A stretch of 52,775 nt of DNA from NCBI GenBank assembly GCA_007135805.1, contig SLID01000091.1, positions 1-52,775 on the forward strand, read 5' to 3'. Within the stretch, counting starts at the first letter, position 1, and every line of letters begins with the position of its first letter. The notes beneath the pieces were generated by a model. The model was not told the origin of the DNA. It saw only the letters and a list, made by a program, of their open reading frames with translations, and ran no database searches. This DNA comes from Candidatus Omnitrophota bacterium (GTDB taxonomy: Bacteria; Omnitrophota; Gorgyraeia; Tantalellales; Tantalellaceae). The position numbers and the translations under genes were made by a program. Shown in pieces: positions 44,327 to 52,775 of the stretch.

Positions 44327-45847
44327 TTAATTTTTTACACTTTCTATTTTTTCCGCGATCTCTTGATCGTCAGGGTCTATCTCCAGGGCCCTTTTCCATT
44401 CCACCAGAGCCTTTTCCTTTTCCCCCAGGGCATAGTATACATCTCCGAGATGATCCCGGACAGTCGCGTCGTCCGGCAAACGTTCCACGGCCCGCAAAAG
44501 CTGTTCCAGCGCCTCTTCCAGGCGCCCCTGCTTATAGTATGCCCATCCCAGACTGTCTATGTACGCCGCGTTCTCAGGATCGATAGCGAGAGCTTTCTTT
44601 ACAAGCTCTACAGCCCGGTCAAGCTCAATTCCTTCCTCGGCATAGGTATATCCGAGATAGTTGAATATTTCGGGATGTTTTGTCCCTTCCTCGACCACTT
44701 CTTCCAGCACCTCTATGGCCTCTTCTCTTCTTCCCACAGAGTCGAGGCTTACAGCCATGTAGAACCGGTAAATATCGTTACCCGGACTCTGTCTTATGGC
44801 GTTCTGGTAGTGGTCCAGGGCGCTCTCGTGATCCCCCCTCCGGGAAGCCATCTGCCCTAGACCGGCATGGACCACCCCAAGGTCAAACCCTCTCTCCAGA
44901 GCCTCGATGAGTATCTCTTCCGCTTCTTCGTATCTTCCTGTGCCAACATATATGCTGTAACTGACCAGGTAAGGTTCGAGGGCGAATGGCCTGAGTTCGA
45001 TCACCTTACGGTTCGCTTCGAGGGCTTTGTCGTAAAGCCCTTTTTTGCGGTAGACCTGAACCAGCCTTATGTGCGCCTCAAAATTCTCCTCGTCGATCGC
45101 CGTAACACTTTCATAGAGCTCTATCGCCTCCGGAGTCCTGTCATCCACTTCGTACAAAAACCCCAGAAGCAGCCGCGCTTCGACGTACTCGTCATCCAGA
45201 TCTATGGCGGTCTTCAATACCCTTTCCGCGTCGGCAAAACGCCCCGCCTTGCCGTAAAGTATTCCCAGATTGAAATGCGCGAAAGGTTCCCTGCTATCCA
45301 GCTCCACTATTCGCTCGTACACACTGAGCGCTTCCTCCACCTTGTTTTCCTGCACAAGCAGATCGGCAAGGAAAGTAAGAGCCCGCATATTGGAAGGGTC
45401 CACTTGCAGGACATGTTGATAGTTTTCGCGCGCCTCGGGAAATTCTTTTTTCGCGGTATGAACAAACGCCCTGAGCATGTAAGCGGCCACATTCTCAGGA
45501 TCGTCCACTATGGCCTCGTCTATTACCTTGCCCGCCTCTGATAACTCTCCCGCGAGAAGCAGGCTGGAACCTAAGCGTAATTTTGTCTCGGGACTGTCTG
45601 GATATAGCGCTAGAGCTTTTCGGTATTCCCCTATGGCTTCTCCGGTCTGCCCGGCGTTGTCATAGAGACTGCCCATAAGATAGTGAGCCAGGGCTTCCGA
45701 AACCGGTGTGCCCGTCTTTTTCTCTTCAGCCGCGGGTCTTCGCAGGATACGAGCTTCAGACGGGTTATTCCACCCGAATAAGCTGATGCAAGTTATGATA
45801 GTAACGGTGACCGTAAAGACAAAAACTCCCCGACGAGGGAACGTCAT
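44327..45847 (-). CDS. tetratricopeptide-repeat protein with N-terminal signal/anchor
   Basis: 506 aa. Repeated 34-aa A..Y..AL..DP patterns run throughout. Confidence 0.8.
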   Translation of the reverse strand: MTFPRRGVFVFTVTVTIITCISLFGWNNPSEARILRRPAAEEKKTGTPVSEALAHYLMGSLYDNAGQTGEAIGEYRKALALYPDSPETKLRLGSSLLLAGELSEAGKVIDEAIVDDPENVAAYMLRAFVHTAKKEFPEARENYQHVLQVDPSNMRALTFLADLLVQENKVEEALSVYERIVELDSREPFAHFNLGILYGKAGRFADAERVLKTAIDLDDEYVEARLLLGFLYEVDDRTPEAIELYESVTAIDEENFEAHIRLVQVYRKKGLYDKALEANRKVIELRPFALEPYLVSYSIYVGTGRYEEAEEILIEALERGFDLGVVHAGLGQMASRRGDHESALDHYQNAIRQSPGNDIYRFYMAVSLDSVGRREEAIEVLEEVVEEGTKHPEIFNYLGYTYAEEGIELDRAVELVKKALAIDPENAAYIDSLGWAYYKQGRLEEALEQLLRAVERLPDDATVRDHLGDVYYALGEKEKALVEWKRALEIDPDDQEIAEKIESVKN

Positions 45848-45939
45848 ACCTTCCTCTTCTTGTGTCGGTCTCTTCTCATTCTTTTTTTTCTTTTATGTCT
45901 TTTTACTTTTTTGACTTTCTTTTTTCGCCCGCATGGCAT
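45844..45939 (-). CDS. 31-aa polybasic micropeptide, candidate bS22-like small ribosomal protein (MPCGRKKKVKKVKRHKRKKRMRRDRHKKRKV)
   Basis: ATG at 45939, with AAGGAG 10 nt upstream. The stop overlaps the TPR gene start (ATGA). Size and Lys/Arg/His composition resemble bS22-type proteins. It falls below the ORF-track cutoff. Confidence 0.45.
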   Translation of the reverse strand: MPCGRKKKVKKVKRHKRKKRMRRDRHKKRKV

Positions 45940-45981
45940 AGAACCATCGCTCCTTATCTTAGATCCGTCCCTCGACGAACA

Positions 45982-46860
45982 TCACTCTATGACTTTGTTT
46001 AAAGGATACTCTATAAAACCCTGTGCCCCGGCTTTTCTGAGCTCCGGGATCAGTTTTTTTACATCTTCCTCATCTATGACCGTATCTATGTCAACCCATT
46101 CTTTATCGTATAGCATCGATATTGTGGGAGCTTTCATCGAAGGCAGAATACTGATTATCCGATCAAGGTCCTCTTCCCGGGCATTCATCTTAAGCCCCAC
46201 TTTTCCCTCGGCCAGTATCGCGCCCTTCAAAAGAAGCACTATATGCTCTACCTTATTCCTTTTGTTCTTATCCTGCCAGGCGCCGCGGTTGACAATGAAC
46301 TGAGTTGTGGAACTTGTGACCGTATCAACTATCCTCAGCCCGTTCGCCTCCAAACTGGCACCCGTCTCAGTGACCTCCACTATGGCGTCTATTCCCATAC
46401 GGGGTTTTACTTCCGTAGCCCCCCAGCTGAACTCAACCTCAGCTTTCACGCCATGTTCGGCAAGATATTTTTCCGTGACTTTTACAAGTTCCGTGGCTAT
46501 TTTTTTACCCTCAAGGTCTTTAACACTTTGTATCGGGGACTTTTCCGGAACGGCAAGCACCCACCTTACGGGCCTCATGCTCCTTTTAGCGTAAACCAGT
46601 TCGGCAACGCGTTCCACATCGGCGCCATTCTCTTCTATCCAGTCGTTACCCGTTATGCCGCAATCTATTATGCCGTCCTCGACGTAACGCGCCATTTCCT
46701 GAGCGCGGAACAAAACCACGCTTATTTCCTCGTCATCTATATGCGGAAAATATGAGCGGTCTGTCGAACTTATCTTGAAACCGGCTTTGTCAAAAAGTCT
46801 TATGGTCGTTTCCTGCAAGCTGCCCTTAGGAAGACCCATTTTCAATTTTGACTTATTCAT
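45982..46860 (-). CDS. hisG: ATP phosphoribosyltransferase (long form)
   Basis: [23 protein letters not shown]. Start set at the internal ATG 46860 after an AAGGGGA SD; the track ORF extends to 46887. Confidence 0.9.
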   Translation of the reverse strand: MNKSKLKMGLPKGSLQETTIRLFDKAGFKISSTDRSYFPHIDDEEISVVLFRAQEMARYVEDGIIDCGITGNDWIEENGADVERVAELVYAKRSMRPVRWVLAVPEKSPIQSVKDLEGKKIATELVKVTEKYLAEHGVKAEVEFSWGATEVKPRMGIDAIVEVTETGASLEANGLRIVDTVTSSTTQFIVNRGAWQDKNKRNKVEHIVLLLKGAILAEGKVGLKMNAREEDLDRIISILPSMKAPTISMLYDKEWVDIDTVIDEEDVKKLIPELRKAGAQGFIEYPLNKVIE

Positions 46861-47033
46861 AACTGTCCCCTTTGCCCAAAAAAACACCCCACCTCATGCT
46901 TTACGGCCGAGCTTCGAAAGAAAATATCCTTCAGCGGAGCCTTCTCATGGCTTCGCTGAAGACATTTTGGATAATTCGCCGTTAATTGTATACCATCGTC
47001 CTTATGTAGTCAACACATTTAGAAAGGTGTTCA

Positions 47034-47061
47034 TTGACAAAAAAAGAACTCTGTGATAATA
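47034..47061 (+). promoter_or_regulatory. candidate promoter for tRNA-Glu
   Basis: TTGACA at 47034-47039 and a TG-extended GATAAT/ATAATA -10 about 15-16 nt downstream, roughly 30 nt before the tRNA 5' end. Confidence 0.45.
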
Positions 47062-47090
47062 TCCTGGTCGAGAGTTTTACTGTTTGTCAT

Positions 47091-47168
<78 letters not shown>

Positions 47169-47173
47169 AACAT

Positions 47174-47207
47174 AAAAAAACCCAGGACTACAATCCTGGG
47201 TTTTTTT
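47174..47207. terminator. bidirectional intrinsic terminator (first unit of the tandem array)
   Basis: A7-CCCAGGA-CTACAA-TCCTGGG-T7. Confidence 0.75.
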
Positions 47208-47400
47208 ATGTTTGATCCCGAGCTGGGTGTTTTCAAAGGATGAAAATACCCGGCGAGGGGCCAATGTCCTCAACATATACCCAGGACTACAATCCTGGGT
47301 TTTTTTATGTTTGATCCCGAGCTGGGTGTTTTCAAAGGATGAAAATACCCGGCGAGGGGCCAATATCCTCAACATATACCCAGGACTACAATCCTGGGTT
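47181..47400 (+). repeat. 99-bp tandem repeat, about 2.2 copies, each unit starting with the CCCAGGACTACAATCCTGGG hairpin
   Basis: Hairpins start at 47181, 47280 and 47379 (period 99). Units are near-identical; one visible G/A difference (CCAATGTCC vs CCAATATCC). Confidence 0.9.
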
Positions 47401-47478
47401 TTGGTGCCAGAGTATAATTTGCCAAGATTTTCCGGGGATACTTTGACAGGGAAGCCCGTACCCGGGACAAAACATTGA

Positions 47479-50037
47479 TCAAACGGAAAGAAGGACCTGC
47501 CGGGCATTTTCAAAAATACTTCTAAGAACTTCCGCGTCTATCGGCGTTATCGGCATAAGCTTTATCAATCTGTTCAGAGCCCGTATCAGACAATTCCTAT
47601 CGCCGGAAATAAGCCCCAGGACTTCTTCCACTTCTCTATCGGTAAACACGAACGGTTCGGACAGATCGCTGACGGACCGGTACCGTTCAAGGGCTTTTTG
47701 AGTTCTATCCATCAAGTCCCTGTGTTTAGCGGGATTTCGGACCTTTATCCTCCCTATCGGCTCTTCCACCGAACGCGCTATGTTCAGCATACTGAAGCCA
47801 AATATGCTTGAACTGACCAGATTCGCTCCTTCGAACCCCATTGCTATGGGTACGATCAATGTATCTCCGGGATCCATCTGGCTATCGCCGAGCCTCTCGT
47901 GTATATCAACCGCGCTTATTTTCTCTGCCCCGAATGCCGGCAAAAGTGTAACAGTATTGTTTCTTGTCCTGTTCTTAACGTTACGCAGCCTTTCTGGCAG
48001 GGGTTTTAGCTTGTCAGCGAACAGTTCATGTTCCCTGCTGGCCGGGAACATATCGAAAAATTCTACAAACCCGTTGGGAGCCTGCTGGAAAGCATCGAGG
48101 AAACCGAACAAAGCAGGCCTGTTCTCAGGTCTCACCGCCAAAACCGCGTGGACAGGCACCCGCAAAAGTACATCCTCTTTGCCCTCTCCGAGCATCTCTC
48201 TCAGTAATGTTTCGCTGCCGTCGACGTATTCCATCATCCCTCGGGCGATCTTCGCCTGGGAAGGGACATTCCTTTCGGACTTAGCGGATATTTCTACGGC
48301 AGGAAATCGTCGGGAGAGAAAAGGCCAGTGGAGACTGTCAACACTGTACTCTTTCAGGCTGTCGAAACCGATACGTTCCAGATAACTGGATTCCGAAACA
48401 TCGATCATCCGGAATGTTTCGGCCCCGCTTAGTGACGCGTAAAACAAAGCGAGTTGCACCATCGTAGTTCCGATACCCTTGTAAGAAGCCCTGTAACGCT
48501 CTTTTACGCTGATAGCAACTGGCTTGGCATCGCGCTGTAAAGGATCAATAGCGCACAAAAACGTCTTCTCATCGTGGCGATAAAATATCATGTGCCCGAC
48601 ATCAAGAACAGGTCTGTCACCCGCCATCTCCATTACCTCTATGTCATGGTATGTAATATCCCTGAATCCCAGGGCTCCGCGAATCGTGACATTTTTAATC
48701 CTGAATTTAAACTGCGCTCCGTCGCTTGCGGTAACAATGGTCTCACCATCTGCCAAAAAGTTTTTCACGATCTCGCGGTCAGTTTCCTCGAAGATATGGG
48801 TTTCGATAAAATGTTCTATCCTGTCGAGCTCCCGCGCAAGTAACGAGAAGTCATGAGGGAGCATTTCCTCAAAAACGCGCCTGTGCTGATCTTCGGTCCT
48901 TTCAAAAGTTTCCGCCAAACCCGGCACTTTTTGCGCCATACCCTCGATATTCGAAGGCTCGGTGTCCCGCAACCATCCCCTCACAAGGTGCCAATTATTC
49001 GTTGTGAAATAAAGCTCGGGGCGCATTTTTTTCCCGCCCATATCCGGAAAAATAGAATGCCTGTCGTGGTCTATGTCGTCATATTCGGCATCCCAGTCAA
49101 ATAAAGCCGCTGTATATACCTCGCGGGCCTCGAATTCGTTCACAAAAATATTTTTGGTCTTTTCCAACGTGTTTCCCGTCCAGAACATGTCATCTAAAAG
49201 AAGTATCGGCTGAGCTACCGCTTCATCCAGCCCCGCAGTAGCCGATATCTCTTCCTTCACTTCACTTTCGCGATAACCGTGCTGGCTCGCAGTTTCCAGA
49301 AAAAGTATGTGAGGAACATCCTCGTCAGGGAAAAAGCGCTCCCAGCATAATCTGAAAAGAAGTACCGCGGGTTTCGCGCTGAAACCTACCGCGTAAACCG
49401 TTTTTACGTTCCTTCGCCTGGCCTCTTCCACAATAGACATTATGCTTTTTTTAAGCAGTTCCCTGTATTCGGGGTTGGTGAGAAATTGATATTCCGCCAT
49501 CCCAGAGTCTGTGGCCGCGTCTTCCGGTCCGCTGTCAGCACTCCGGTCGCTCCTATCCTCCAAAGCGGGGACCCTGCGGATGATCTGCCTGTGTAATCTG
49601 CCGGGACATATTACCGTGGTCTTAAGTTCGGCGATATCCGCGTATGGTGTTATTGCGTTAGACACGGAAGGGTCAATATAACGGACGGCAAATTTTTCCG
49701 CGGGAACATCTATAATGACTTCACCGGGCAGGATACTGAAACGGATATTGGTAAAGCTTCCCTTAAGGTCCTCGAGACGGTCCAGGACATCTTTCACACC
49801 GTGTGCCGCATCTGTGCTTCCGCTTTTTTCAATGGCCCGGCATATAGCCGCGGCTTTCCAGATTTCCTGAAACGCGGGACACGCTATCCGCGATTCAGCT
49901 GCCAGATTTCCTCGCGGGGGAGAGACTTCGGCATGACAATCCGTGTGAAGAAAAAGAAAGTTTGCCACCAAGAACACGGCTAATATTTTTTTTACGAACC
50001 GCTTCTTTCTTTTTGATTTTTTCCCGTTAATTTTCAT
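47479..50037 (-). CDS. 852-aa protein: N-terminal hydrophobic anchor, PRT-like segment, GNAT-like segment, C-terminal module shared with the giant protein
   Basis: GAGGA SD. KKILAVFLVANFLFL anchor. PILLLDDMFWTGNTLEKTK (D282-D283) resembles a type I phosphoribosyltransferase PRPP loop. RASYKGIGTTMVQLAL (K520) resembles GNAT motif A. See findings for the shared terminal modules. Confidence 0.7.
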   Translation of the reverse strand: MKINGKKSKRKKRFVKKILAVFLVANFLFLHTDCHAEVSPPRGNLAAESRIACPAFQEIWKAAAICRAIEKSGSTDAAHGVKDVLDRLEDLKGSFTNIRFSILPGEVIIDVPAEKFAVRYIDPSVSNAITPYADIAELKTTVICPGRLHRQIIRRVPALEDRSDRSADSGPEDAATDSGMAEYQFLTNPEYRELLKKSIMSIVEEARRRNVKTVYAVGFSAKPAVLLFRLCWERFFPDEDVPHILFLETASQHGYRESEVKEEISATAGLDEAVAQPILLLDDMFWTGNTLEKTKNIFVNEFEAREVYTAALFDWDAEYDDIDHDRHSIFPDMGGKKMRPELYFTTNNWHLVRGWLRDTEPSNIEGMAQKVPGLAETFERTEDQHRRVFEEMLPHDFSLLARELDRIEHFIETHIFEETDREIVKNFLADGETIVTASDGAQFKFRIKNVTIRGALGFRDITYHDIEVMEMAGDRPVLDVGHMIFYRHDEKTFLCAIDPLQRDAKPVAISVKERYRASYKGIGTTMVQLALFYASLSGAETFRMIDVSESSYLERIGFDSLKEYSVDSLHWPFLSRRFPAVEISAKSERNVPSQAKIARGMMEYVDGSETLLREMLGEGKEDVLLRVPVHAVLAVRPENRPALFGFLDAFQQAPNGFVEFFDMFPASREHELFADKLKPLPERLRNVKNRTRNNTVTLLPAFGAEKISAVDIHERLGDSQMDPGDTLIVPIAMGFEGANLVSSSIFGFSMLNIARSVEEPIGRIKVRNPAKHRDLMDRTQKALERYRSVSDLSEPFVFTDREVEEVLGLISGDRNCLIRALNRLIKLMPITPIDAEVLRSIFENARQVLLSV

Positions 50038-50614
50038 AATTTCCTCTACAAATATCTCTGCTGCCCTTCACACGGGCCAGCAAAGTCCCACAGATATAAG
50101 ATCCGAGGTTATTTTAACCTCAGAGTCCGTATAACTATTTTAACATAACAGTTTTGTTAGCACAACAAAAACTGAGATAGCTTTTTCCAGCTTAACTCCT
50201 TTAATTTTTGCCGCTGCGTAACATCAAAGGTATTCGCCGGAAACGCCAGCGGTGTCATTACGAGGAGTACCCGAAGGGAGTGATCGAGCAATCGATATAA
50301 GACGGTAACTTAAGACCTGCCGGTAAACATTGACACCCCGGATCCTGTAAGAAAAAACTCGCTCTATCAAGTCAATTGATCCAGAGCTTAAAGATTTTTA
50401 ACCTATTATGATGTGAGAGGTTACTTCGTAGGGGGACCCCTTCCAGTAATGACGACTATTTTGAATTAGCAGCTATTGCCCTGGGTCTTTTGTCGGTCCG
50501 GACAATTTAACGTTAACGAGGTTAATACCCGCTATGCATTGCTGGCCTATTACGCCAAGGGTGGATTTGCGCGTTCAGGAAAATATATGGGTTTTTCTCT
50601 GAGCCGAATACGCC

Positions 50615-51415
50615 TTACTGTCTTAATTCGTCAACAAAAGCGCGTATCCCTCTCTCGTACTCGCCTCTTGAGTCCATAAAAGCGGTATTATGCCCGCCTC
50701 TCAGCTTGAGAAATGTTTTCGGCTCACTTGCCGCCTGAAAAAGTTTTTCCCCCTGAGAGAATGGTACTATTTCATCATCTATGCTGTGTATGATCAGTTT
50801 CGGGGCTTCGACATCGCCTATCTTGGACAAACTGTCGAACCTGGAGGCAAGAAGAACATGCGGGACAAAAGGGAACACCAGGCGCGCCATTTCTTTTACG
50901 GAAGTAAAATTTGACTCGGTTATAAGGCCCCCCACTAGTCTGGTCGAGGCCAGTTCCACCGAAACCGCGCCTCCCAAAGACTCCCCGTAAAGAATTATGT
51001 TTTCTGGAGCTACATTCATTTCATCAATAAGATGGTGATATGACGCATACGCGTCCCTGTAAAGGCCCTGCTCTGAAGGAAACCCGCCGCTTTTCCCGTA
51101 ACCCCGGTAATCAAAGATGAAAACGTTAAGCCCGATATCATTGAAAGACGAGATCTTATCAAGTCTATGGCTTATGTTACCAGCGTTCCCGTGGCTAAAA
51201 AGAACCGTATATTCCGCCTCCCGGGCCGGGATATGCCAGGCGTGTATCTTGACATCATCCTCCGCGCGCAAATACACTTCCTCATAATCTAAATTCACAT
51301 CCATGGGAGTGAACATCATCTGTCTAACCGGGTAATATAAACTGGCTCTTTCCAAATACCTTACCGCGGCCACGAACACTAATAGCCCTACCGCCGTCCA
51401 AAGGATCACCTTCAT
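50615..51415 (-). CDS. alpha/beta hydrolase with N-terminal membrane anchor
   Basis: 266 aa. HGNAGN oxyanion region, nucleophile elbow GESLGG, and late D/H residues (IHSIDDEIVP, RGGHN). Confidence 0.8.
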   Translation of the reverse strand: MKVILWTAVGLLVFVAAVRYLERASLYYPVRQMMFTPMDVNLDYEEVYLRAEDDVKIHAWHIPAREAEYTVLFSHGNAGNISHRLDKISSFNDIGLNVFIFDYRGYGKSGGFPSEQGLYRDAYASYHHLIDEMNVAPENIILYGESLGGAVSVELASTRLVGGLITESNFTSVKEMARLVFPFVPHVLLASRFDSLSKIGDVEAPKLIIHSIDDEIVPFSQGEKLFQAASEPKTFLKLRGGHNTAFMDSRGEYERGIRAFVDELRQ

Positions 51416-52775
51416 TCCTTAACCTCCTTAAGCTTCTCCAGAGCTTCCCTCGCTCCGTCGCAAATCACGGAATAATTATCTTCGTCTTTCCCAGGGTCTT
51501 TCTCAAGGTCTTTCACGTCCAGAGGCTTACCGAATCTCACTTTTATGGGATGTAGTCTCGGGAATCTGGATGTCCTGGGCCATGCTTCATAAGCGCCTTC
51601 TATAGCTACCGGTACAAGTTTGGCGCCGGACTCTTTCGCGAGAATACCAAATCCCTTCTTGAACTCTTTTATCTCACCGTCCATAGTCCTCAACCCTTCG
51701 GGAAATATACACAGATTCTTTCCATTTTTCAGAACATAATAGCTGCTTCTAAGCGCTTCGGTTAAGTGGGAAGACATATCTATGGGGATTATCCGCCCCA
51801 CCCTTATTAACCGCCGGATGATGGGAACGTCGAAAAATATCCTGAACCCCATAAAGAACATGTCCAGACGGGGAGCTCCGGGCAAAGAAACTCCCAGAAC
51901 CAGTCCGTCAAAATAACTGGTATGATTGGCATAGAGAATGTGTCCCTTGATGTCTTTCACGTGCTCTTTACCTTCTACTTTGAGACGGTAAAACAGCTTG
52001 AAGAATATATATATAGGAACAAAAAACAATATTCCTACCACCAGCTCAAACAACCCCGGAGAAAGATCTATTTTTTCCAGGTTTTCTTTCTGCGGAGGAA
52101 CGCTGAAAAGGTCTTTCCAGTAGTTCTCACCTTGCTTCTGTTCCACATCTTGCGCGGCGGTAGAAGCTTCGGGACTTTTTAGAAAATTCTCCACCCTGCT
52201 TACAAGATCCTTAACGGAAAATGCTTCGCCTACCACCTCGTCCCTTAACCTCACACTGAAAGCCTTCTCAAGGCACGAAATAAGCTCGATCCTGCCGAGA
52301 GAGTCCACTCCAAGGTCCAGCTCCAAAGAATCCCCGGGATGAATGTCTTTCTTTATGTCGAAGTGTTTTTTCAGTTGGGCTATTATTTTTTGGGCGTTTT
52401 CCGACCCCATTAGTTCCCGGTCTTCTTCGGTAGCTTCCGGCCTTTCGCGAAGCCTCGCGTCCTCACCTTCTTTGTCCGGCCCATACCTGTCCTTTATCTC
52501 GAACCTTTTCAATTTCCCGAGCGTTGTCCGGGGAAGTTCTTCCATGGTAAGGCTAAACCCCATTATACGGCTCGACGCGGGCAACGTCCTCGAGACATCG
52601 TTCAGTCGTTCCCTTAACACCTCTTTAATATTTACTTCCCCATGATTCTTGAACACTTCAAGATCGGGCCTTACAACAGCCCAGAGAACAAAATCCGCTT
52701 TTACCCCTTTGGGGGAAGGCGCTTCAAAAACGCAGATCTCTTTTATCGGGGCTCCTTTCTCATAAGCTTCCTCGA
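51412..52775 (-). CDS. Aas-like fusion, 5'-truncated by the window edge: acyl-AMP ligase C-terminus, carrier-protein domain, PlsC-type acyltransferase
   Basis: The frame stays open from 52656 to the window end. LPRTTLGKLKRF (adenylate-forming enzyme C-terminal motif), LGVDSLGRIEL (phosphopantetheine Ser), NHTSYFD (HX4D) and FPEGLRT acyltransferase motifs. Confidence 0.8.
   Translation of the reverse strand, partial: EEAYEKGAPIKEICVFEAPSPKGVKADFVLWAVVRPDLEVFKNHGEVNIKEVLRERLNDVSRTLPASSRIMGFSLTMEELPRTTLGKLKRFEIKDRYGPDKEGEDARLRERPEATEEDRELMGSENAQKIIAQLKKHFDIKKDIHPGDSLELDLGVDSLGRIELISCLEKAFSVRLRDEVVGEAFSVKDLVSRVENFLKSPEASTAAQDVEQKQGENYWKDLFSVPPQKENLEKIDLSPGLFELVVGILFFVPIYIFFKLFYRLKVEGKEHVKDIKGHILYANHTSYFDGLVLGVSLPGAPRLDMFFMGFRIFFDVPIIRRLIRVGRIIPIDMSSHLTEALRSSYYVLKNGKNLCIFPEGLRTMDGEIKEFKKGFGILAKESGAKLVPVAIEGAYEAWPRTSRFPRLHPIKVRFGKPLDVKDLEKDPGKDEDNYSVICDGAREALEKLKEVKE

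Noticed and set aside
47181-47400. CRISPR array, considered for this array and for the other repeats in the window.
   Set aside because: The units are contiguous 99-bp tandem copies without unique spacers. The 127-bp and 58-bp repeats lie kilobases apart. No cas genes are present.

Overview
This 52.8-kb window is a chromosomal segment from a diderm (outer-membrane-bearing) bacterium, probably an uncultivated lineage; I cannot assign taxonomy from sequence alone. About 19-47 kb is a conserved, almost entirely minus-strand housekeeping block: frr-pyrH-tsf-rpsB, msbA, lpxB / lpxI-fabZ-lpxC, skp-bamA-dnaB, rplI-rpsR-ssb-rpsF, pth-rplY-prs-glmU, tRNA-Gln, spoVG, ispE, a split transketolase, an FtsH-like protease, a TPR protein and hisG. 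Two parts look accessory. (1) 3.4-18.95 kb appears more AT-rich by eye and ends at the 3' end of tRNA-Lys(UUU). It holds one uninterrupted 2,944-aa ORF that fuses a GT4-type glycosyltransferase, two radical-SAM modules with SPASM-like Cys tails, an internal TM hairpin, a B12-type radical-SAM module with a CX4CX2C motif, and an NPPW methyltransferase. This giant gene is bracketed by copies of a 127-bp direct repeat; a third copy lies 3.3 kb further on. The rest of the region carries an SDR, a wHTH-MNT/HEPN/pRiA4b-ORF3-like operon, an orphan wHTH-nucleotidyltransferase, an AbrB/RelE-like pair, a GIY-YIG gene, tiny SD-preceded ORFs and a second repeat family. (2) 47.1-50.6 kb holds tRNA-Glu(CUC), a 99-bp tandem array of terminator hairpins, and an 852-aa ORF with PRT-like and GNAT-like motifs. 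By eye, this ORF shares both its N-terminal and C-terminal modules with the giant protein. That shared framing around different cytoplasmic-type catalytic cores is the strongest candidate for something undescribed. A 31-aa polybasic ORF (bS22-like in size and composition) lies unannotated between hisG and the TPR gene. No CRISPR array, integrase, transposase or rRNA was seen. All domain calls rest on motifs read by eye and need HMM or structure confirmation.
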